From assembly GCF_038025025.1 (NCBI RefSeq), contig NW_027117345.1, forward strand, positions 310,001 to 374,000: a stretch of 64,000 nucleotides of DNA, in the 5' to 3' direction. The notes beneath the pieces are model-generated. The model was not told the DNA's origin and ran no database searches. It was given only the letters and a program-made list of their open reading frames with translations. Every line of letters starts with the position of its first letter. Position 1 is the first letter of the stretch. Positions 47,388 through 61,531 of this stretch are shown piece by piece. This stretch comes from Phyllosticta citribraziliensis (taxonomy: Eukaryota). Made by a program: the position numbers and the translations under genes.

Positions 47388-49253
47388 GTCTGCGGTGGCC
47401 GGTGTGTAGGATGTGGCGTGTGTGTGTGCGCGCGCGCCGCAAGCACCTCAATGTCTTGTCGTGGGCGTTGTTGTTGTTGGTGTCGGCTTCCGACCGAACT
47501 TTTCGAGCGGTGGTGCGACTTCAATGGGCCGGAGGAGACGCGAGCAGGGTCCACGAACGAGGGACGAGCGCGTGTTGCTTCTCTACCACTGTGGCGTCGG
47601 GTCGTGATGCGCGCGCGCGATTGAGGGGAACGCAAACGCAAGCCTCGCTCTCTTGCCCGCGGTCGGTCGGAAGGTGAGGTGGTGCCGAAGTTGTGGAGGA
47701 CCTGACCGACGGTGAAGTACAGGTAGGTAGGTAGCACCGCACAGCATCGGGGCCCGGTCCGACGAGGTGGCAGAGAGAAATGTGGTCAATGCGCCACTCT
47801 CTTCCGTCGCAAAACAACTACAACGGTGGGAGAACCACGTCGCGTCGAGGTTGCAAGTCGCGCCAGATGTTGAGCCGACATAAAGTCAGAGGTGGTGGTC
47901 GGTCGCCCCAAACGCCAACCACACACATATCCGTCCCCTGCACCTTGACCACCTACTCCTACATGTGGCTTAGTACACAGGTAGCTTAGTAGCTCAGGGT
48001 CCGCAACCCCCGCACATCATCCAGGCACCTCACCTCGCCTCAAGCCTCCAGCCTCATGCACGACATGCATGCGTGACACGCTTAAGCCACGCCCGCTTCT
48101 CACCTTACTATACCACGTCTAACCTCTCGCTCGCTTGCTTACTTATTTGCTCGCTCGACCGCGCTGACCACCTACCTGCGTGTATGCAAATATGCGTACA
48201 GCCGCAAAGTACCGCATTTCCGTTGTACGACGCTCCCTCTCGTTTCGTCCTCCGCGCAGGAAAATAGGAGACGGACGGACGGACAGACAGGCTGCCGCGT
48301 GGAGTGTGAGCTAGATCTATATTTAGATGAGGAGGATTCAGACGGGTACGGAGGGGTAAGTAAGTTAAGGGGGCTGCTGCGCTCGAACGCTCGCTTACTT
48401 TCTCGCGTCTATACTCTATAGCTAGCTATGTACAGTTGTAGTACATACCCAAGGTACACATATTCGTACAGATACAGAAAGATAAAAGACAAGTGTGGCA
48501 TAGCCGTATCTACTAGACCGCTAAAACGTACTTTTTTATATGTGCTGTACAGATTTACACAGATTTACAAGTGACCAATGTACCTCAGCACATGTACATT
48601 TACGTACAACCACCTTCTTACACCCTCCTACGCCCTCTCCTGCAACACGACAACAAAGCCAAGCAACAAGCAGGCAAGCAGCAAGCCAAGCGCGACGAAA
48701 ATCCGTAAATTATTTGCCCAGCGACAACCACCGCCACCACCACCATCGCTGCAACAACAGTCCAAATAAATGCTCAAACCCAAACGAAACCCCTCCCAAA
48801 AAGAAGACGCCGAGGCCATGATGCACCATTACCGTTTGATTCCTAGCATAGCGCGCACCTGCCCGCCCACCTATCCAGCACCCAGCCTTCCCAGAAGAAA
48901 CGACGACGAAAGAAAAGGGAAAGGGAAAAGGGATAAGGGAGAGAGGAAGGAGAGGTTTAATGAATGAATGAATGTGCCAAGGAAACTTTTAATGCTGCTG
49001 TGCCATGACTGCAAAGTAAAACTGTACCGTCCCGTACTGTACTGAACTGTGCGAACGAGCCATTCGGTGAATTTTTTGTGGTGTGAGACAGACAGAGAAC
49101 CAAAAGAAAAAGAGGGAGGAGGCTAGACGCTGTACCGTCCGCGACGCGAAAAAAGAAGCCTCGCACATGCTATACCATGGAATATACAAGATATGTAGGA
49201 TCCAAAGAACCAAGACGACATCCAAAAACGAACAGGAAACTGCGAATAGTAGT

Positions 49254-51944
49254 CTACGACGCGAGCTTCGACTTGCCCCTCTTCTTGCTCTTGGCCGGCT
49301 GCGACGCGAGAATGGCATCAAACGTCTTGGTCGGGTCGTTGTTGTGGACGCTGGTCGGCCGGGGCATCTCGCCCGTCGGCGACACGCCCTGCGGCAGCGG
49401 CAGCGCCTCGAGGCCGATCATGACGCTCTGCCGCACCTCGCTGCGGCGGCTGCTGGCCACCGAGCGGGGCCGGGGCACGGCGCCGGGGATGGCGGGCGGC
49501 GGCGCCAGGTCTGCGAACGTGTCGTCGGCTTCTTGCGGCGCGGCGGGCTGCTGCTGCATGTCCTGGTCGGCGCTCCACTTGGCCGCCATCTCCCAGCAGT
49601 GGCTGCGGCGGTACACGCCCTCGACGCCGTGCTCGACCAGGTCCGAGGGCAGGGAGACGACGCCCGAGCCGCCTGCCGTGCTGTACCAGTGCCGCTGCTG
49701 GTTCTTGACGTCCCAAGCCCACGGCACGCCCGAGCGAGGAGGCTCGCAGAGGAAGTACTCGACACCGGCGGTCCACTGGATGCCAGGGGCATCGACGACC
49801 AGCATGGGCATCGACTGCATGACGGCGTACATGAAGAGCCAGTGGCCGACGCGCTGGTCGCGAATCTCTTCAACGTTCTTGCGATGCGCCGCAGTCTTTT
49901 CTGTCTGGCGGAAAAAGTCCAAAAAGGGGTTGGACGCTTCGGCGTCCTCGTTGTGCGATTTTTTGAGGAGGAGCGAAATCTCGTCGTCCTTGAGAGCCTT
50001 TTTGCGCGCCTTGACGTCCTTCTTCTCATCCTTACCGTAGTCGGTGCGGGTGAGGGAGAGGTCGGGGAGGATGCAGCAGTCAAACGGAATGGGGGGCTGA
50101 AACGGCGGGACACTGCGATCATACTCGCTAAGTACCTTGCGCAGAGCCCGGTGAACGGGATCAGTGCCAGCTTGGACCTCTTCGTCTTCGTTATCGGCGT
50201 CAAAAGTACGTGTCGTTAGGCTTTCTCTGTCGACGAGAAGGTCGTAGAGGCCCGAAAAGTCCTGGTACATTTCTTGCAGGACGATCCGGTTCAACCCGTC
50301 GGTTGAAAGCGTGTTCTTCTTGTTGTTTGCTTTGGGAGGCCATGAGCCGTACTTGGTCTTGTAGTAGTTGATAATATGCTTGCGAATAGCCATAAAGGAC
50401 GCCTTCCATGCTTCAAACCGAATGGTCTTGCGCTCTTCCGAAGTCTTGCTGTTCATGATTCCTGAGAAGACGCCGGGAAACTCGAATTCAATCAAACGTG
50501 TCGTAAAGTTTCTTTGCCGAATCTCAAGGTCCATAGAGGCCCTCTCCATGCGGTCGCGGGTGTTTTTGCTAATGAGCTCAAATTTGGGTGATCTAAACGT
50601 CTTGATCTGCTCGTACTTGCCAACGGCGTGGACAAAGGCCTCGTTGTAGAGCATGACCGAACGCATCCGTTCGCCGAGGACGACGCCCTCGATGGTCTTT
50701 TCAATGCTCGTCCTGACGTCGGCCAGGTGCAGCTCGTCCACGTAGCTGTCAAAGCTAGAGGCGGCAATCTCACCAAAGGTCGAGCCGTCCAAGTTGGAGA
50801 ATTCGTAGTACTTGAGAATTTCGGATACTTGCATAAAAATGTTGAAAATGGTCTGGCGCTTGGGCGTGGCAACAAGAGACTGGCCAACCAAAAAGGCAAA
50901 CATGTTACGAGTGGCCACAAGGGTGTCAATATCCTCTGGAGTACACGGCATTGGAATGCCCGTGGCAGTGGGGACAGCTCCATCGGTGCTCAACTTGAGC
51001 GGCAGGTACAGGGCGATTTCAGTGTGCTCATGAGGCAGCTCAAGAGAGTCGCTCATGAGCTCCCTCGAAGCCTTGGAGCTCATTTCCTCACTGTCCAGCT
51101 CCGAGGGGCGAGGGGTTGCCGGCGAGATGGGAGAAATGTTTGGCTCTCCTGCGCTTGCATTCTCGTCGGCTGGCTCGTAGTGCGACCTTGGCGGGGCGGC
51201 GGCTATGGGGTTGCTGTAGATGCCGCCGTACGCCAGCTGGGTGAGGACCGTGGACGAGGCGTAAATGGTGGACTCGACGCGGAACGAGGCGCCTTTCCCG
51301 GAGGTGCGCGGAAAGAGGTAGACGTACGTGTCACCGAGGTCGTCCCACAGCTCGGCAATCTTGTCACCGTTTTGCAAAGCGGCAATGTTGTACTCGGGCT
51401 TCCCCTCGTGTCCGACAATCCAGGCCTGAGGCCCGGAAGCCTCTACATGGCTCTTCCTGCTAGGCTTGCCAAATATACTCCTGCGTTTGAGCTTGCCGGG
51501 GCTGCCGGGGGCGAGCATGCCATCGCTTGGGACGTCGAGGAACGAAGATTCGGGCCGGGCCGCGGAGGCTTGGCTGCCCGGTCTTAACGAGTTGCGCGAG
51601 GAGCTGCGAGAAAAGGAGTCGACGCGGACAGGTGGCGGCAGGGGGAGGTCTTCACCATCGTCCGTGGGCGAGGAGAGGGCGGTCGACTTGCGGCTTATGT
51701 TGGAGGGGATGGGCGGGACAGGAGGTTGGTCGGGGTCGCTGCCGCGAGGGTGTGCGGAAGCAGAGCGGTCACGGCTCTGCGATCTGCTCAGCCTTTTTGA
51801 CAGCGACAGTCGTCGGCCGCGGTTGGCTTGGGGCTGGGGGCCATCGGTCGAGGGAGATTTGGAGTCTTCCTTGGGCGGCTCCTCGGACAGGTTGAGCGAG
51901 GAAAAGCTGAATAGGGAGGTGAGGCGCTTGGCGGCAGAGGCCAT
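49254..51944 (-). CDS. Conserved uncharacterised fungal protein (896 aa, disordered Ser-rich N-terminus)
   Basis: Intronless long ORF with a globular core (ELWDDLGDTYVYLFP, YNEAFVHAVG, GVEYFLCEPPR, YRRSHCW). No function recognised. Confidence 0.8.
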   Translation of the reverse strand: MASAAKRLTSLFSFSSLNLSEEPPKEDSKSPSTDGPQPQANRGRRLSLSKRLSRSQSRDRSASAHPRGSDPDQPPVPPIPSNISRKSTALSSPTDDGEDLPLPPPVRVDSFSRSSSRNSLRPGSQASAARPESSFLDVPSDGMLAPGSPGKLKRRSIFGKPSRKSHVEASGPQAWIVGHEGKPEYNIAALQNGDKIAELWDDLGDTYVYLFPRTSGKGASFRVESTIYASSTVLTQLAYGGIYSNPIAAAPPRSHYEPADENASAGEPNISPISPATPRPSELDSEEMSSKASRELMSDSLELPHEHTEIALYLPLKLSTDGAVPTATGIPMPCTPEDIDTLVATRNMFAFLVGQSLVATPKRQTIFNIFMQVSEILKYYEFSNLDGSTFGEIAASSFDSYVDELHLADVRTSIEKTIEGVVLGERMRSVMLYNEAFVHAVGKYEQIKTFRSPKFELISKNTRDRMERASMDLEIRQRNFTTRLIEFEFPGVFSGIMNSKTSEERKTIRFEAWKASFMAIRKHIINYYKTKYGSWPPKANNKKNTLSTDGLNRIVLQEMYQDFSGLYDLLVDRESLTTRTFDADNEDEEVQAGTDPVHRALRKVLSEYDRSVPPFQPPIPFDCCILPDLSLTRTDYGKDEKKDVKARKKALKDDEISLLLKKSHNEDAEASNPFLDFFRQTEKTAAHRKNVEEIRDQRVGHWLFMYAVMQSMPMLVVDAPGIQWTAGVEYFLCEPPRSGVPWAWDVKNQQRHWYSTAGGSGVVSLPSDLVEHGVEGVYRRSHCWEMAAKWSADQDMQQQPAAPQEADDTFADLAPPPAIPGAVPRPRSVASSRRSEVRQSVMIGLEALPLPQGVSPTGEMPRPTSVHNNDPTKTFDAILASQPAKSKKRGKSKLAS

Positions 51945-53349
51945 GGTTTAGGTTTGGGTCGTGGGCAATGGAGATTGCCGTGCGCCGCGACAAGGGATCG
52001 GGGCTCTATGGCAGGAGCGAAGAGAGGGAGGAGGATTCAAGCCGGAATAGCGATTTGCGGGCCAGGACAGGAGGGAGGAGGAGGATGATGATGGGAGTTG
52101 AGGAAGAGCGGGCGATGGCGCAAAAGGGCGACGGCGGAGGGAGAGCGGGTGTTTCGGGGACTTGTAGGAGGGTGAGAGGGGACGAGACGTCAGGAAGAAA
52201 AAAAGGGCCACACGTGAAGGCAAGATTAAATTTCAAGGGACCTGTCAGAGCGTCCTTCAGGGCCGTCCACGGCAGTGCCAGTCCGTCTTTGGTGCAGCAG
52301 TTGAGGCGTCTGGGGTGGCTTAGTAGTCCGGGAGGCAGACGACGAGGCTTCAGCGAGGGCGACGATTGGTCTCTGCTGGTTTCGCGCAGCAGGGCCATGA
52401 ATCGCCGCCCGCCAGCCCGCTCGTATAGCGATCTGCTGCCACCGGACCCTTCATGTTGTCCTGACGGTCGTCTGCGGTTCTCGGTTCCGCCGTCATCATC
52501 AAACCAATCGCCCGATCAGGGACTGACATCATGGAGGAGCGCGGGATCGAGGCGTCAGTCATGTCTGCACTGCACTGGCGAGCCGGCGAGAACGGAGAGC
52601 GAACGAACGAAAGAAAGAGAGGGGACGTGAGGTGCAACTGGAAGACTGCGCTGCCCTGAGGCCTGCAGTCCCAGTCCAAAAATACATCTTTATCGATAAC
52701 TCGCAGCCGAGCCGAGCCACGAGCCTTGCCTATTGTGCAACTCGGTCGTCACTTGCTGACCCCAAGGCGACATCGACACTGCAGTGGTGAGGTGTGGTGG
52801 ACATGAGGCGCCGACAGACATTAACCTCAGCAAAGTAACGCGGGAGCCTCCCGCCTCCCACAAGCCTTTTTCTTTTTAATTCTTGTTTCTTTTTCGCTTT
52901 TGCCTTTTAGGTTCCCGTGTGCCACTGCCAGCCAGCCAGCCAGCCTCAGCCCTCCCGTCAGCCCTGCATCGGTGACAAAATGCCCCTGGGCCCCCAAACT
53001 CTCCTACCGCTACCGCTGATCAAGATCAGACCATGCCATCATGCCGCAGCTCCGAAGAACCCGAGCAAGCCAACTGTTATTTGATCGGTTCCCCCCTTTC
53101 TGCAAACCGCAGGCTGTTCCTCGGCTGCATTGCTTGCGGGCGGGGGATCGAGCGACAGGCTGGCAGGGGCCTGCCGTGGCGTGGCGAGCACCAACCGAGA
53201 CATGGCCGTCCTCTTTTGTCCGCCCGGCGCTGACGACACAGTGGAGGAGCCCACCTCAGTGCTGCGCAATCCGGCGGCGTAGCACAAGCCCACCACTCTC
53301 GCAAAACATTCCACCTCACCGCACTATTGCACCTGCAACTCTCGGAGAC

Positions 53350-54915
53350 ATGTCGTCGCCGCCGTCGTCGTCGTCGTCGTCGTCCAAGCCTCTCATCAAC
53401 CTCTTGCGTGGCTGGCCCAGCACCTCGCTGTTGCCGGCCAGCCTTCTCAAGCGGGCCGCCGACACTGCTCTTACGACGCCCTCTATTGCCCACCCCGGCC
53501 TGCTGTATGGCCCGGATCCAGGCCATCCGAGTCTTCGCAAGTCCGTCGCGGCCTGGCTGACTGACTTTTACCGTCCGCAGCAACCCGTCCGAGACGACCG
53601 GATCTGCATTTCTGGTGGAGCCTCTCAGAACCTGGGATGTCTTCTCCAGGTCTTCACCGATCCAATTTACACCCGGGCCATCTGGATCAGCTCGCCGGCC
53701 TACATGCTGGCGTTTCGCATCTTTGACGACGCCGGCTTCCACGCAAAGCTGCGGTCCGTTCCCGAGGACGACGCGGGCATGGACGTCGACTTTTTGCGCC
53801 GCGAGATTGAAAAGACGGACGACGACGACCAAGAGCATCGAGGGGACCGTGAGCTCCCGCCGGTAGGACGCCACCTACCTCACCTTTGGCTACCGTGACC
53901 TCTGCGTCGCCAAGCATCATTTAAAACACAAATTGTTGACGCCATTGGGCTCCGCCAGATGCTGAAACCCAAAAGGCCGTGGTCCAAATTCTACCGCCAT
54001 GTAATCTACGTCGTGCCAAACCACTCGAACCCGAGCAGTGTGTCCATGTCGCTGGAGCGGCGTCAGCAGCTTGTGCGCCTGGCACGGGACTTTGACTGTC
54101 TCGTCATTTGTGACGACGTCTATGACTTCCTCCAGTGGCCAGCTGCCAGCGCAGAAGGCCGTGGTCATCCGGACCCGAGGCGGTGTAGCCTGCCCCGGAT
54201 CGTGGACATTGATCGATTCCTCGACGGCGGGGCCGAGGGGCCTGGACGCGACGGATTTGGCAATGTAGCTAGCAATGGCTCATTCAGCAAGATTTGCGGG
54301 CCGGGTCTGCGCACCGGGTGGCTCGAAGGGACCCCGAAGCTGGCGCACGGCGTTTCGCAGGCTGGCACTACGCGGTCTGGCGGAGCGCCATCGCAGCTCA
54401 CGTCGACCTACGTGTCGCTGCTTTTGGAATGGGGTGAGCTCCAGCAGCACGTCTACGGTACATTGCAGCCGGCTCTAGCCGCAAGATATCGCACCATGGT
54501 GTCTGCCATTGAGAGGCACCTTGTACCGGTGGGAGTGACGTTTGCTCGACCGGGTAGAGAGGTCGCCGGTGGGTACTTTGTGTGGCTGTCTCTGCCGGCA
54601 CCGCTCACGGGCGTCGAGGTGGCACGGATTGCGCGGGAGGAGCAGAACCTGATTGTCGCAGAGGGCCAGATGTTTGAAGTGCCGGGTGACTCGGCACGAA
54701 TCAACTTTCCTCGTGACGTGCGCGTTTGCTTTGCGTGGGAACCCGAAGACATGGTGGAGCAGGGCATCCAACGGTTGGGACAGGTCATTCAAGAGGTGCA
54801 AAGGCGTGGGCAGACGGTGGCCGAGGGTGGCAGCATCGACGGGATACAACGTGAGACGGACGAGCATGGCCGAAAGCAGAATGGCGACGGCCAAGGCGGC
54901 GCGAACTACTGGTGA
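53350..54915 (+). CDS. PLP-dependent class I/II aminotransferase (YER152C-like)
   Basis: INLLRGWP, YGPDPG, GGASQNL, VPNHSNPS, DDVYDFL, GSFSKICGPGLRTGW (PLP Lys), GGYFVW. Intron at about 53863-53958. Confidence 0.9.
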
Positions 54916-56912
54916 AGCGGACAAGGCTAAACAGCAGCAATCAGTCACGGTGTTGAATTTGAGGCATGATGAGCTTGGCGACCCCGGTTCTGGAAGCAGG
55001 TGCAACCTGGCCAGGTTGTGGGGAAGCGGGGGATCAGATCAGTCAAGGTGGGTGTGGGTGTGGGTGTGGGAGAGCACGAGGGCTGAGGCTGCATAATGCA
55101 GCTGGGCGTTGAGCTGGGCAGAGCAGAGCAAAGAAAGAAAACACCAGACGCCGCGTCGTCGACCAACCACACCACACAGTCGTTTCGTAGAATTCAAGTG
55201 CGGCTGTGCGACGCGGCGTAGAGTGGCTTGAGGGCGTGGTGGGGAGCGGCCGGATTGGGAAGGTGCAGACGTCTGGATGTTTCTGGGAGCTGCCCTCCGC
55301 TGGTCCCCTGTGACCGCATCATGCGTTTTGCGCTTAGCAGGCACCGGGCATGCATCTTGACTGCAGCTCGTGATATACAGGGAAGGGAGCAGAGCTCAAG
55401 CGGAACCCAAGTAAACAAACGGCGAATCAGCCTGCAACGGTTGCTAGGCTGCGACTGTACTCCAACCATGTAGCTAGCGGCGGCAGCTTGACCTCACAGC
55501 CCGACATGGCAGGTCGAGATGCGGCTGGCGGCGCCACTCGTTCTGTCGCCTCTCGTTGTGCTGCTCTTCTCGCTGCAGACCAGACGGACGTCGTTCGCTG
55601 GTCGTGCATGACGGGTCAGAGAGGCAAATTTGAATTCTGGCCACGGGCCGCACCTTGCGGCTTGACGCGCCGAGCGAGCGGGCCGGGGGGGGATCCCCTG
55701 ACAACAGACAACAGGATCAACAACAACCCATCTCGCGACAACGAGAGGCTGGGTTCCAATGGCGGTGGATCCCCAGGCCCCGTAGCGCAGCGTAGCGTAG
55801 GGTCTGTGTATAGGCGCGCGCTCAGTCGGCGTCGGCGGGCAGCCTATGGTAGGCCGGCGCCGCGGGTTCCTGAGACGGCTCTTGGCCCAAAGCGGTACCT
55901 CCAGTTTCGGGTCGCTGGCTTACGTCGACTTCTGCACATCGACATCCCGCCGACTGCACATCACCGACGGCCAATTCTCCCTCGCCCAGAGCTGGAATGT
56001 TTCATGGTGGTGCGCACGAAGAGAAGCCCAGTAGCGCAGTGTGGTAGCGCAGCCAAACGGCCTCCATTCCTCCACCTGCTCCTTGCTCCTTGCTCCTGGC
56101 TGGCTAGCTGCTCTGCTCAGCTGGCCCTCCCTCTTGCCATGACCATGACGAAGCCGGCGCCGGCCACGAGCATGGCCGTCATGTGTGGTAGGAATAATAT
56201 TGAAGAAGCTATCCACGGTATAAATGGCGCCGTCGCGGCGGCTAGAACGACGGCGGCGCCAACGGTCGACAAAGCCGAATCAGAATCAGAATCAGGGCCA
56301 GGTCCACGGCCAGGTCCAGGTCCACTTCCAGGGCCAGCTGTGGTGAGTGCAGTGGGCAAATGCCTGTTTCATGTTTCTGCTGGATCTTCAATAGTCTCTG
56401 TCCGCTATAAAAAATATCACCCCCGCCGCGCATCACCCCAATCCCAATTCCCACCTGACGCTCCCTCTCTCCCTCCCTCTCGCCCTCTTTCTTTATCCCC
56501 CCCGAGTGCTAGTCACCGCGCCTTCTTTCCTTTGTGTCCGCTATACCTACCTACATTACACTTCCTTCAGCTCGCGGCTCGGCACACTCTACGGTACCCT
56601 TCCTGCATCCGCCGACTGGTTGCATTGTCCCTCATTGTCCATTGTCACAGCCGACGCCAGAATAAAGCTTCCTCCCGCTGCTGCTGCTGCTGCTGGCCTG
56701 CCAACCTCCTCCAGCACGCGTCTGCATTCCTCCCACTCTCCAACTCGTCAACTTTCCTTCGAATCTCCTTTCCACATTCTACTCCAGCCTCTTTGCGACC
56801 GTCCCTCTCTACGGTCCACCCTGACAGTGCGGGCCACTGATTTGCCGATACAAAACAGTCCTTACCACCCTCTTCTCTCAACTCAACTCTCCACAGAAGC
56901 AGGACCTTCATC

Positions 56913-59347
56913 ATGATCTCCCTCGGCTCCCTGGCCATCACTCTGGCCCTCCACCTCCTCTCTCTGCCAGCCGCTGCGGTTCCTGCCCCCGTCGCTGACC
57001 CCCAGCTCAACGTTGGTCTTTCGGCCCTGGGCGCCTCCGTCTCGCTTGGTGTCGCCGCCTCCGCCACTGCGGCCGCCTCGTCCTCCTCCTACTGGCTCGC
57101 CAACATCCAGCGTCAGGGCGCCGTTGCCTACGGAGCCTCTGCCGACTACACCATTTTCCGCAACGTCAAGGACTTTGGCGCAAAGGGCGATGGCTCCACC
57201 GACGACACCGCCGCCATCAACCAGGCCATCAGCTCTGGTGACCGCTGCGGCAAGGGCTGCGACTCGACCACCGTGAAGCCCGCCATCATCTACTTCCCTG
57301 CAGGGTGAGTGCCATTCCAGCTTGCGTGTACATTTTTCTGACCTTCCCAAACAGAACCTACGTCGTCAGCAAGCCCATCATCCAGTACTACTACACCCAG
57401 ATCATTGGCGATGCTACCAACCTGCCCACCCTCAAGGCTGCCGCTGGCTTCACCGGCATGGCCGTCATCGACGCTGACCCTTACGAAGACAATGGCGCCA
57501 ACTGGTTTACCAACCAGAACAACTTCTTCCGCCAGATTCGCAACCTCGTCATTGACCTCACTGCCATGCCCTCGTCCTCGGGTGCCGGTATCCACTGGCA
57601 GGTTGCCCAGGCCACCAGCTTGCAAAACATTCGCTTCGAAATGGTCAAGGGCGGCACTGCCAACAAGCAACAGGGCATCTTCATGGACAATGGCTCTGGT
57701 GGCTTCATGGTCGACCTTACCTTCAACGGCGGAAATATTGGCGCATTCCTCGGCAGCCAACAATTTACCACGCGCAACCTGACCTTCAACGACTGCAACA
57801 CGGCCATTTTCATGAACTGGAATTGGGGCTGGACCTTCAAGGGCGTCAACATCAACAACTGCGGCGTTGGCATCGACATGGCCAACAGCCCCTCCAACCA
57901 GACCGTCGGCTCGGTGCTCGTCCTCGACAGCGTCATCTCGGCGACCCTTGGCGTCAATGCTTCGTTCAGCAAGTCTGGCAACAACGTCCCCGTGACCGGC
58001 GGCTCTCTGTGGCTCGACAATGTTGACTTTACTGGCTCCAAGACTGGCGTTGTTTCCCAGGGTCAAACCGTCTTGGCCGGCGGTTCGCGCATCCAAACTT
58101 GGGCCCAGGGTCGTTCGTACACTGGAAGCAAGGGCACCGTTGTGCAGGGGCCCGTGACTGTTTCGAAGCCCGCCGAGCTGCTCAACAGCTATGGTTACGT
58201 TCATGCCAAGGAGAAGCCGCAGTACGAGGGTACCCCCGTTAGCTCCTTCGTCAGCATCAAGTCCAAGGGTGCAAAGGGCGACGGCTCCACCGACGACACT
58301 GCCGCCATCCAGGCTGCCCTCGACTCGCTTACGGCCGACCAGATCCTCTACTTTGACCACGGCGCCTACGTCGTCACCGACACCATCAAGGTGCCCGGCA
58401 CCAAGACGATCCGCATCACGGGCGAAATCTGGCCGCTGATCATGGCCAAGGGTTTCTCGGACCAAAACAACCCCAAGCCCGTCTTCCAAATCGGTGAGGC
58501 TGGTGACAACGGTCTCGTTGAAATCAGCGACATCATCTTCGAGACCTTGGGCCCTGCCCCTGGCGCAATCCTCATGCAGTGGAACGTTGCTTCGCAAACA
58601 AAGGGCGCGAGCGGAATCTGGGACGTGCACTTCCGCATCGGCGGTTCCGCTGGCACCAAGCTCCAGTCTGACACTTGCTCCAAGAACCCCAACGCTACAC
58701 ACAGCGCCAGCGAGAATTGCGTTGGCGCCTTTATGCTGTTCCACGCAACCGCAGAGTCGTCGCCGTACGTCGAAAACTCGTGGTTCTGGGTTGCCGACCA
58801 CGAGCTCGACCTCTCCGACCACAACCAGATTGACATTTACAACGGCCGCGGTGTCCTCATCGAGTCCACCAAGGGCGCCTGGTTGTACGGAACCTCTTCC
58901 GAGCACAATGTCCTCTACAACTACCAGCTCGTCAACGCCTCGAACGTCTTCATGGGCTTGATCCAGACCGAGACGCCCTACTTCCAGTCCAACCCGGACG
59001 CCACGGTGCCCTTCACCTCGCAGGAAGCGTGGACGGACCCGGACTTCTCGGGCGACAAGCTGGCCAACAAGGCGTGGGGCCTGCGCATCGTCGACTCGAG
59101 CGACGTCATGGTGTACGGCGGCGGGCTGTACAGCTTCTTCGAAAACTACAGCCAGGAGTGCCTGGCGACGCAGAGCTGCCAGACCAACATGATCTCGCTC
59201 GAGGGCACCAACTCCAACATCATCTTGTCGACCATCAGCACCAAGGCGGCCGTCAACATGATTTCGGTCGAGGGCAGCGGCGTCGTGCTGGACAAGGACA
59301 ACCGCAACAACTTTTGCGCAAACATTGTCCAGTACAGCCTGTCATAG
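56913..59347 (+). CDS. Secreted GH55 exo-beta-1,3-glucanase
   Basis: Signal peptide, two GAKGDGSTDDTAAI repeats, NQNNFFRQIRN, WQVAQATSLQN, EHNVLYNYQL, QTETPYFQ. Intron at 57305-57354. Confidence 0.95.
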
Positions 59348-59534
59348 GGCTGACTAGCGCGTCGTCGGAATTTCATGTCCTTTCTTTTTCTTTCGTTCGT
59401 TTCCTTTCTCTGCATATTTTTAGATTATTACCCTTTTCGAGTGTGTGCCCGAGGCAGCTGCTCTCTCCTTTGCCCCTCCCTTTTGGGGGCGCTGGAGCGA
59501 TCGATCTGCGGGTGCACAGGGTCGGCGACGCCTC

Positions 59535-60590
59535 ACACGCACACACACACACACACATGCCCTACCTATCTACTTTGGGTGGGCGGGCAAAATGCTGACT
59601 CTGTTTATGATGAACTTTCTCTTTCCCTTTCCTGCTTCTTAAAACAAGTGCCACCACCACCATCACATGATCCACCTCCTCCTCCACCAGTACTACCAGT
59701 ACTACTATTGCATACTACTACCACCTCACCACCTACTACTACTGCTCTCTCACATGCATTTTGCTCTGGGTCCTGTACTTTTCCTTTCTTGCACACCTTA
59801 CGCTTTTCTCTCTCTTTCTCGTTTTCCTCTGTTATGATGACGAATGCCTTTCTTCCTCTTGTGGTTTTGTGGTCTTGGGTTTTTGGAGACGGACACGGAC
59901 ATGGTCAACTCCCCGGTGTTATGGCATTTTCCGTGAGTCTTGGTAGGGCATCCATCCATCCATCCATCTATCGTTGGGGCATCGTCATGGGCTTTGAATA
60001 TATGGTATTGGCATTGGCATTGGCATTGGCTTTACTAGGCCGCCTGGCTGCTTTTCTCAATTGTATCACATGCACCTTTTTTGGTCGTCTAATTCTTTCT
60101 CTCTCGTCTTTGTGTGTTCGCGTCTTCTCGTCTTTGCGTGTTTCCGTGCTCTCTCGTCCTCGCATCTATAAACTGGCCCGAGTACTCTGGTCGGTGTCGC
60201 ACGGCAGAGTACGCACGCACGCACTGGCTGGATGGCACGAGCAGGCGGGCGGGCAGGCAGGCAGGCAGGCAGGTGCGCGGCTGTGGTAGAGGGGAGGCAT
60301 GGGAAAATGTTGGTGGCCGGGGGGCGAGCGAGCGAGCGAGCAAGCGAGGGCACGAGTAGTTGGTAGGTTAGGTAAGCGAGGGCAGGAGAAGGAGGAAGGA
60401 AGAGGCGCAGTGACAGTAGTGCGTACGTCATTCGGCCACTACCTTAGTGTCTTGCATTTAGCTACTCTCATGGTGGTGGCTTGTTGCCTGGGTGGGGTTT
60501 CGTTAGCTTTCTGGTACCAACGCCGAGACTGACTGGGCGCTGCGGACTGCTGCGGACGCTTCCTCTTCCTTTGTCTTTTCTTTCTCTCTC

Positions 60591-60630
<40 letters not shown>

Positions 60631-60960
60631 CACCGTCTTCTGCTTGTCTTGGCTCTGCTCTGCTCGGCTCGGCTTGCTACCTCTCTCTTTGTGCGAGGCT
60701 GTCGTTCGGGCAGAGTTACCGGCAGTGGTAGGCAGGCAGGCAGACAGGCAGGCAAGCAAAGCAGGCAAGCAAAGCAGGCAACTGTCAATACCCTACCTAT
60801 CCCGTTCTTTCTTAATGTATATTCTCATCTGCATATTATTTGGGGTTATGGGTTGGGAGGTTGTCTCAGTACCTAGGGATTAATATCACTACTGCTACTA
60901 TAAAATTTGACTTGCTTTTCTACTTGTCTACATGTCTTTCTTTGCTTGGTTGCTCTGTTT

Positions 60961-60995
<35 letters not shown>

Positions 60996-61497
60996 CGTCT
61001 TACGTACATACGTGCGCAGGCGGATCACGTCTGCTTGACACTGACAGACATGCTGCCATTGATCCTGCTACCATCCGACTCGCATCCCATCCATCCATCC
61101 TCCGCCCGCCCGCTCACCAAATCCTTCTCTTCTATACATAGATGGACAGACTCCATGCACGACACTACGTGCATCCATCCTTCCGGCTGTCTGTCTGTCT
61201 GTCTGTCTGCCGCGCCCCTGCGTCTGCGTGCATGTAGTAGGTATTCGTCATGTGGCGGCTGGCGTGGCGGCATTTGTCTGCCGTACCGGCCGGTAGTTGA
61301 GGTGGGTACTTCACAGCCGTCCGTGTCTATACATAGTACGTACGGCATGCGTAGTACGCGTGGTGGGGTTTTGTAGCTGCAGGGCAGGGCACGGCACGGC
61401 GTGGCTGTAGGGTGCGAGGGATAGCTTTCGTACGTACGTATGATGATGTATGGGCGTATGTGCGTATGACGGAGAGGGGCATGTGTGAAGGATGAGG

Positions 61498-61531
<34 letters not shown>

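Noticed and set aside
55488..56840. 450-aa ORF upstream of GH55
   Set aside because: No ATG start at the called position, low-complexity translation and simple repeats. It looks like promoter/5' UTR sequence.
57290..58906. 538-aa minus-strand ORF
   Set aside because: Antisense shadow of the strongly codon-biased GH55 gene.
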